NCBI GenBank assembly: GCA_012295275.1
Contig: CM022679.1
Location: 10,912,001-10,976,000, forward strand
Length of the DNA stretch: 64,000 nucleotides
From: Chrysomallon squamiferum
Lineage: Eukaryota; Animalia; Mollusca
Reading direction: 5' to 3'
The notes under the pieces were generated by a model. The model was not told the DNA's origin. It searched no databases and saw only the letters and a program-made list of their open reading frames with translations. Shown piece after piece: positions 55,429 through 64,000 of the stretch; within the stretch, counting starts at the first letter, position 1; each line of letters opens with the position of its first letter. Position numbers and translations under genes: made by a program.

Positions 55429-57539
55429 TGGGACAGAAGAAGGTGTTTTTAGTGACTGCAATACAAGAACCAGACTCTGAAGCTCATGCTGCCTACTGGT
55501 GGCTTTATAAATAATAATAAATAAAAAACAAAACTCGAAATCACTGCCATTGTCGGGTTATAAAGGTGGTAACGATATAGTACTCAAAAACTGATAACGC
55601 AATGGCGATAGCAGTTAATGTTTTATTAGTATTTAGAAATTAAGAGTTTCCATCAAGGTTCGTTCCCTTGGTGACGTGTGAAAGAAAAAGGGGAGGTAAT
55701 AACAGTAGAATGACGGGATCAAGTATAAATGTACAGTATTTATGCATGTTATTTTTTTTTTTTTTGAAAACATCTTTTTGTATATGTGTGAAATGTAGAA
55801 TGTAAGAATTGTTTAGTTATCTGTGTGTGAGATAGGTTTTATAAATACTGGTGGGTTCTGGGGATTTTTTTTTTTTTTTTTTTCAGAATTAAATCAAATA
55901 AATTATAATCTCACTGAATCAGAGAAATTATAATTGCTCTATCTTAAAGTGATAAGAAAATTAAGTTTTACGAATATGAAAACGAATACAAACGAAAAAA
56001 TCAGTTATTTTCATAATGAATGAAACACCAGTTCCAAAACTGCAAATTTATTTTTGTTATTCGAATGTTGAATATAAAAAAGCTAAATACAGATATTACC
56101 ATCTTATAATCAAGAGAACATTTTTAGGACATGCAATCTTTTAAATGCTCCAAAATTTTCTCACTTTCATTTCTGATACGTTTATGAACATTTATAGTTA
56201 CTATATTTTTTTTCATGTTTAATTCTATATCGATTGAGAAATAAATACCAAAATTTATCATTATATTCTGGAGATCGGACTGAAGGTTAAAAACATTCAC
56301 TATCATTAATAAATTTAACACAGCTTGACATACGGTTTGAAAACGAAAAAGAAACAAAAAACGATGTTTCTTTGATATTACGTTTTGTATACTGAAAACT
56401 TATAGTGTCTGTGTTTAGTAATTATTCTACATTATACACCCTTAATATCTTCAATATTTGTATGTTTTTTATAACTTTATACTGATGTGATTTTAAACTT
56501 TTTATATTACTCCTATAAAACAACAAAACAATTTTTAATTATTTAATTTTATTTTTTAGACCGTTTAATAAATCCCAAAACAACGAATAAAATTTGTTGC
56601 CATTGAAAATGCAAACGGCAGAATATATTATACAAAAAGAACATACCAAAGATTTATCACACTTCTGAGATATTTCGTAAGAAATTTGCTTTCGGCATTG
56701 TATTTTGTTGAGTTTCTGGTTCGTAAACGATCTGAAATTACGCAAGTACTTTTGTACATCTACAATAGACGATCATTTCCTTAAATGGCTAAACACTTCT
56801 ATCTTCTTATGATTTGTTGGTCTGCTTTTATTTTTTAATTTATTTTATTTTATTTTTATTTTATTTTTTTTCTTCTGTTTCATTTAACGTTGAAGATGAT
56901 TAATCTGTGCAATACATTTTCAATATTTTTAATAAAACGTTTTTACTTTTATATTAACTGCTTTTTTAAAATTAAAAAACTAACTATTTTTAAATTGCTT
57001 ATATATCTTTTTGGTTAGTATATTACAGGTGAAAAAAGTGTTTAAATTTTTCCAGTGTAATTTCAGTTACCGTTGAATAGCATAGAATATGTTGTGTGCA
57101 TACTGATTTAAATTTTAAAACCAATTAAAATTTTCTTATTCTTCAGATTAAATTCTATTACTAGTTTAAACATTTAATAATACACATACAGAATATTCTC
57201 TGAAATAAAATATAAACATGAAAAATGTTTAAATCACTTACAAAACGACAAAGAAGTCCACAGTGAAATACAGTGTAATATAATTATTATTTAATGGTGC
57301 TCCTTTTATCTAGGCAATAAGTCTCTTTAAATTGTTTTATTAGTGCAATTTTTCACGGGAATTTGTAGATCTATATGTTATTTTATTGTTATAAAAGTGT
57401 TGTTTTAGATAACGTTATATTTCGTCCATGTTTGTATAATTATAACATTATGCAGTTTGAGTTTAATTTATGCACTGAAGTCTATACGACATTATGCTTA
57501 CTCGTTTAGATTTTGCCTTTTTTTTTCTGCAGTACGTCC

Positions 57540-57545
57540 AATAAA
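57540..57545 (+). terminator. Candidate tolloid poly(A) signal
   Basis: AATAAA followed about 15-40 nt later by a GT-rich tract. It would give a ~2.1 kb 3' UTR; other AATAAA sites exist upstream. Confidence 0.3.
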
Positions 57546-58084
57546 AACGACTTCATTAAGTGTATTTTGTGCTTGTTGTGTTTGTTTATTATTTTTATTA
57601 TCACACACACACACATACACACACACACACACACACACAGACACAAATAATTATAATCAGCTTCTGTTTAAGTTATGAAAGTGTGTGAATGCATCTAATA
57701 CACATCTGCATATTTTCACGTGTGTTTGGTGTGAATGTGTGTGTGTAGGTTGCGTACGGGTACATTTTCCAAGGTTTGGACTGGCTCATTAAAATAATGC
57801 TGTCTATGAAAACATCAAGATCTTTTTTAAGTGCTCTATAACTGCTACTAATATCCTTAATGACAGTACTACCAAATTATTTAGATAAACTCAAATTATT
57901 AATACATTTTTATAAGTATTTTCTTCTTACTAGTAAAACGAATTACATCAAGGTCACGTAGGATATGAAGAAGAAGTAAATTTGTTTAATAAGAAGTATT
58001 TTTTTTTTTTTTAAATAAGATCAGAGTCAACATTAATTTTCATTTTAAAGTTTAAAAAGCAGGAAAAAAAATGAAATAATGCAG

Positions 58085-58135
<51 letters not shown>

Positions 58136-58452
58136 CACACATTACACTCCGAAAAAAACCACTTAATAATTACTTCACTATTAATATTATGGCTGTGAAA
58201 AGTTTATAAAATTTGGTTGTTTTTTCCTAAGTAAAGCTGGAAAATTACTTCACGAATTTCTACGATTCACAGACAATAAAGCCTTATTATTAATCCTCGT
58301 TATGAATCATAAAACAGCTTTATTTAGTTTAATGTGCGAATTCTCGTATTGTATATATATATATATAAAAAAAAAAGGTTTTAGGAGTTAAAATTGGCCC
58401 TTTTCCTATAGATACAGTGAAAACACCAGGAATATTTTCTAAAAATGAAAAA

Positions 58453-58491
<39 letters not shown>

Positions 58492-58989
58492 TAAAAATTA
58501 AATGACTTTTAAATTAATCTGCAGCCCCTAAATCTCATTGCTATAATCCGGCACTGACTGGCACGGATGAAATGAATAAAATTAATTTGTTTTTCTTTTG
58601 CATTCCTGTATTATGATTAAGAATCGTGTAAATAATTTTGTGTTTTGTTTTTGTTTTTTTTTTTTTTCGAATTTATATATAACCTATATATATGCATAAA
58701 TTCAAACAGTATATTCGAACTGGTTAATAGGTTATTGACCGCCTTTGATATGGGATTGTGAACGTGATCTTTCACTGGGGAAAAAAAAAAAAAAAAAAAT
58801 ACCAGGTATATTACATCAATCGATGAGATAAACGTCTTTAGAGTTATGTCCCTTAAATGAAACGTGAAGTAACCTGTCTGCCGGTTGTGTTTTCATTGGA
58901 CTTATGTGGCTCATTGAGAATACGCGTAAAGCGGCAAGTGGAGAACAGTCCAGTATAATCGTAAACAGTTTGCAAGTTAACATTAAAAA

Positions 58990-59097
58990 ATGCTTGATGG
59001 GTACAGTCCTGTCACTCAGACGCTGTTGGGGACTCTATTTACATGGGGAATGACAGCATTCGGGGCAGGACTTGTGTTTATTTTCCAAAGTGGACAG
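58990..59097 (+). CDS. SLC39A11: ZIP11 coding exon 1 (TM1)
   Basis: aaaaATG...CAG|gtaaac. Confidence 0.94.
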
Positions 59098-60183
59098 GTA
59101 AACATGATCAGATCGAAAATTAAATACTTGAACGCTCTCAGCGGAGGTAAATAGTAAATCAGAATCCAAAGACCAAACTTGGAAACGTGTTCAAAATCGA
59201 TTGGAAGTTGTTGCATGATCTACAGTTACAACTGCATTTTATGAAGTAAAATTAGATAGAGATATATTTTGAGGGTTTAAATCTATATTAATAAATAACA
59301 AAGATGTTCAGGGAGTAAGTACGTATCTCTGTAATATTTTAAATAACTTATTAAGCCATGCAAGAAAAATTCAGATATTAGAAAATTAATAAAATTTACT
59401 ACTAATTAATAAAGAAAGATTAATAATAAAATATAAATATAAAATGAAAGTTATTATTAGTTTATATTTTATCCTGTGAATTTCAGTTTGATTTCTGTTA
59501 TTTTATGAGAATGTTAGGAAACTTATACTTTAATGCTCATATTGTTATGAAATTTATTTATTTATAAAAATAAATATCCTTCATATGGTTATTAATTTAT
59601 GTTAGAATCTATTTGTGTGTATGTATTTTATTTATTTATTTATTTATTTATTGTTGTTGTTGTTTCTTTTACTTTACTTTTTCTCTCACTCTCTCCAGAG
59701 AAAAATTCTTGATGGCAGTCTTGGCTTTGCAGCTGGGGTAAGTTTGATAAAATCAAATAATTTGTAAAACCCATATATATATATTTTTTATGACCATGGG
59801 ATTTGATTTATCAGTAATTTAGACATAAATTTATAACACTATATATAATCTGAGAATTATAACAGCAAGCAAATTAACAGATGCTAGTCATAATGTAATG
59901 ATACTGATAATGAAGTAATTCTCAGTTGTTATAAATTCTTTCTGTATTAAGGTCATGACTGCTGCTTCCTTCTGGTCACTGCTGGAACCTGCACTGGAAT
60001 ATGCAGAACAGTCTGGTTTGTATGGTGAGAAGGGACAGTGGGCATTTGTACCTGTGGTCATTGGCTTTGTCCTGGGGGCCGTGTTTGTTTATGGTGCAGA
60101 TGTTTTCATGCCACAGATGGTAAGTTGTTATATATAGTTATATCTCTCTATCTATATCTATATCTATCTATCTATCTGTCTAT

Positions 60184-60244
<61 letters not shown>

Positions 60245-61532
60245 AAAAGATATTATTATGATTATATAAAATGTCATGCCCCTAAATATTATTTTATGAC
60301 CTGTGAATAGATATGTATACACGATAGACAGATTACCTAGACAAGTAGGTAGATAGATAGATGGATTCTGTGAGTATTACTTCAACATTATTTTCTAATG
60401 AAAATGTCTTTTGAAGCAGTATAACCAAAAATCCTTTAATGGCTGTTTAATCTCTCTCTCTCACTCTCTCTCTAAGTAGGATATCCAATAACATGCATCA
60501 TTGTTTGATGTGTAATAAAGAAATAAATGAACCAGTATTTAAGTAAAGGTTTTCAGATTCTGGATATGGTATGGTTTTAATCATCATGTATGAGCTGTCA
60601 AGTAGCCTTTACTTCTAATTACAATATTTTAATAGACTGCTGGTGTGGAATGCCATCTTCTGCTTACATAACTAATTAAGACTCTATAGGAGGCGTTAGA
60701 CCAATAAACTTCACTTCAGAAATCTGTTAATTAACAGTAAAAACAGCTTGTGGGTGTATAGAAAACAAAAAAGCTTACTGCACTAAACCAACACTTCTTT
60801 TATAAAATCTTCTTATGAAAAGTAATGTTAACTTAACAAAGAATTGGATAGATAATTCATTGAAACGTTTCACTGAGTAGCCATGTGATTTGTCTCTTTT
60901 ACCTTTAACAACCAAACCCAGTATTTTTTAGTTGTGAATATAAAAGTAATACTTTATTTTCACTCCATAGTGTTGGCTGCGTGTTAACAGTTATAAATAG
61001 AACAAACAGATAATAGCATGATGACATGGCAATTTATAATACTGGATGATATGACATTTTATAATACAGGATGATATGGCAATTTCTGTTACATGTAGGT
61101 CATATAGGTTATCAAAGACTGAGCCAATAAGATAATAATTTTTATTTTATTTATTTATTTATTTATTTATTTTATTTTGTTTTTTTTTTATTTTATTTTT
61201 ATTTTATTTTTATTTATTTTTTTTAAAATTTTTTTATTTACTTGTATTTTTATTAATATTGTTTACAATTTTTTTAAATCAATATTATGGTACTATAATA
61301 CAACATAAATAATTTAAAAACAAATATATTTTTGTCTTTTTCTTTTTAAATTGCAGTACACATATTCTATATAAGACAGTATAAAAAGTATTATTATTTA
61401 ACAATAAGAACCAATAAAGGACTATTTCTTTTTTTTTTTTTAAATTGCAGTAAAAGTAGAACACAGTGTAGATAATAAACAGTTTTTATTCATCTTTTTT
61501 CTCTCTCTGTCTTTCTCTTTTAATTTATTTTC

Positions 61533-61584
<52 letters not shown>

Positions 61585-62489
61585 GTTATATTAATATTAA
61601 TTTAATAATTACACATACATTTTTACTACAGAATAATCCTATGTCCCTGGCCCTATCAGTCGAGTCAGATTACAAGACAGAAGATGATGGAGAAATTCAC
61701 ATACAGCTAGGTGATGATGATATTCCAGGTTGGTGAAATAAATAAAACAAACAAAACGTCTGTTCACCAACACCTCAGCCCATTTTAGTATTAACAGTTT
61801 TATCTGTAATGCTTGCAGTGATGCCAAAAAGAGAAGGGAATCTTTTATATACAGAGTGGAAACCACATAAGATATAGTTGATGATGTGTAGGCTGGAACA
61901 AAATTCATCTATAAAGGAGAAATATTTGAGTAAATTATATCTCCTGTTTAAGCATATCCTCAACATAATATATAAATAATATATGTATATATATTTTTTC
62001 TTCTGATATAACAAAGTAAATGTTTTTCTTTATGATTAAATTTGATGCCTTCAGTTTCTCAAAATTTGTATGCTGTACCTAAACTAAAATATTGAAAAAT
62101 TGTAAAATGAAATATTCATAATTTTATTACCTTGTTTTCATAAAATAAAATAATTTTATTATTCAGAATGACTTCTACATATTGATTAATCAAGACAATA
62201 ATCCATTTTAATTAATTAAACAAAGATTTAATAGTACTTAGTATTATTGTCACCCTCATCTTCACCTGCCACCTTCCCCATGCTATTATAATAATACAAC
62301 TAGCTATGAGGTGTGCACTAGCTAGTCTTTCAGAACAATTGCCACAATACCTCATAGAAAAATTAGTTTCTTTTTATGTTTCATGATTATATTATTGAGT
62401 GAGCATATTATTTATAAATTTACAGTCTCTGGTGGGCATGATGGAATCATCTAGCAAATCTCTTTTACATATATATATATTATATTCAT

Positions 62490-62520
<31 letters not shown>

Positions 62521-63118
62521 TTTTAGGTGTAAAGGTTAAATCAAATTCTGAAGCTCGTCAGAGAAGAAAACCGACCATGGAAAATTTTCTTCCTTCAAAT
62601 GGTTTAAACAGTGCATTGCCAGATAAATCACTTGAACCTGTAGCTAAAGCAGCTAGCTGGAGAAGAATACTGTTATTAATAATTGCTATAACAGTACACA
62701 ATATACCAGGTACCAGAGCTTGACAGAGCTTGACAGTTTGACAGAAATAATAGTTTATTAAACATTGTAGCATCTGTGTTGAAGTACAGGTTAAGGTCAG
62801 CTAGTACATAAATGAAAATGCTGGCAGGTCAGAATCCTCTCACTAATATACACATATGCAGACATATATATATGAGAAATAACAACAGTTTAGAATACCT
62901 TAGCATAGATGATACTTTTCTGACATTTGCCAGATTTCTGGCATTCAGTTGAACAAGTTTTTTCATAGCTCATGTTTTTACCTTAGGATCAAATTTATTT
63001 TCAGGCAATTTGGTCAAAAAGCATCCTTAAATATATATATATTGTGCAGTGTTTATAAATTATTTTAAAAATCTAAGACTACCATAACAATAATATTCAG
63101 TATTATATTATAATTGTT

Positions 63119-63153
<35 letters not shown>

Positions 63154-63184
63154 AAAAGGGAGAAACTCCATCAAGCATTAAAGC

Positions 63185-63226
<42 letters not shown>

Positions 63227-63762
63227 GTTTTGATGTTATTCTACTAAAATAAAATATAATTCCACTGATAAAATGTGTTTGACTTTTTCAGAGGGTCTTG
63301 CTGTAGGGGTTGGTTTTGGTGCTGTAGGCAAAACAAAAACAGCCACTTTTGAAAATGCCAGGTGATTTTTGTTCAGCAATAAATTAATATTGTGTTAGAG
63401 TAATAAACCTTTCTACCATTTTTTGTTTTTATCAGAAAACACATTATATTCAGGCTTTTCAAAGATCCCATAAAAATTCATTTTAAATTTTTGAACTTAA
63501 AAATGTCAGCAGTTTTTTGTGCTATTTAATTTCTTGTTAAATGTCAAAAGTTTTATAATAATAATAATATAATTAAAAAAGAATATATATATATATATAT
63601 ATATTTAAATACCAAGATGAGGAACTTATTGTTTTATATTGTGTTTTTATTTTTATTTTTCAGAAATCTTGCTTTTGGTATAGGTATACAAAATTTCCCA
63701 GAAGGCTTAGCGGTCAGTTTACCTTTGCGGGGAGCTGGACTCTCCACATGGAAATGTTTTTG
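58990..63762 (+). CDS. SLC39A11: Zinc transporter ZIP11 (gufA subfamily), 5' part; join(58990-59097,59699-59737,59952-60119,61632-61728,62527-62709,63292-63361,63664-63762), continues past the window
   Basis: [63 protein letters not shown]... and [28 protein letters not shown]...[26 protein letters not shown] closely match the ZIP11 sequence as I recall it; splice phases are consistent. Confidence 0.96.
59699..59737 (+). CDS. SLC39A11: ZIP11 coding exon 2
   Basis: ccag|AGA...GGG|gtaagt; [13 protein letters not shown]. Confidence 0.94.
59952..60119 (+). CDS. SLC39A11: ZIP11 coding exon 3
   Basis: ttaag|GTC ATG...ATG|gtaagt; [14 protein letters not shown]...GADVFMPQM. Confidence 0.93.
61632..61728 (+). 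CDS. SLC39A11: ZIP11 coding exon 4 (variable loop); the donor may instead be at 61710
   Basis: tacag|AAT; [32 protein letters not shown]; bridges phase 0 to phase 1 as the flanking exons require. Confidence 0.78.
62527..62709 (+). CDS. SLC39A11: ZIP11 coding exon 5 (loop and TM4)
   Basis: [15 protein letters not shown]...[20 protein letters not shown]. Confidence 0.92.
63292..63361 (+). CDS. SLC39A11: ZIP11 coding exon 6
   Basis: [23 protein letters not shown](R). Confidence 0.94.
63664..63762 (+). CDS. SLC39A11: ZIP11 coding exon 7 (TM5)
   Basis: [32 protein letters not shown](W). Confidence 0.94.
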
Positions 63763-64000
63763 GTAATATTTTTTTTATTTCTTAAACTTTATAATAATTA
63801 TGAATGGCAAATTAAGTAGTTTCATAGGAATCTTTATTTATATAAAGATATGGTTTTAAAAAAAAAAAAATGAAATAAAAAATTATTATTCACTGCTCTG
63901 CTGTAGGTGTAATTTTATTTTAGTTTTCATTTACTTTACTTTTTTATTTTTATTTCTATTTCATTATATCTTTATTCTATTTTATCATTTTAATTTTCAT

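Overview
AT-rich, microsatellite-dense animal genomic DNA, probably molluscan (inferred from repeat style, not proven). Three spliced genes lie on the + strand, reconstructed by hand from GT-AG junctions and reading-frame continuity. (1) The 3' end of a villin/advillin-family gene: six exons at 280-4043 covering the last gelsolin repeat, a linker and the villin headpiece. (2) A complete 18-exon BMP1/Tolloid-like astacin metalloprotease at 16858-55428, 1094 aa: signal-pro-astacin-CUB1-CUB2-EGF1-CUB3-EGF2-CUB4-CUB5, with a ~17 kb first intron. (3) The first seven coding exons of a ZIP11/SLC39A11 zinc transporter at 58990-63762, running off the window. Non-coding DNA holds a complete Tc2/pogo-like MITE, old SINE fragments, a young 317-bp direct repeat bracketing the tolloid promoter and exon 1, an inverted 28-bp minisatellite pair, other minisatellites and candidate cis-regulatory clusters. 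Most ORF-track entries are microsatellite artefacts. I see no clear new multi-gene system. The strongest novelty lead is a cationic, four-cysteine helical-hairpin insert in the tolloid prodomain.
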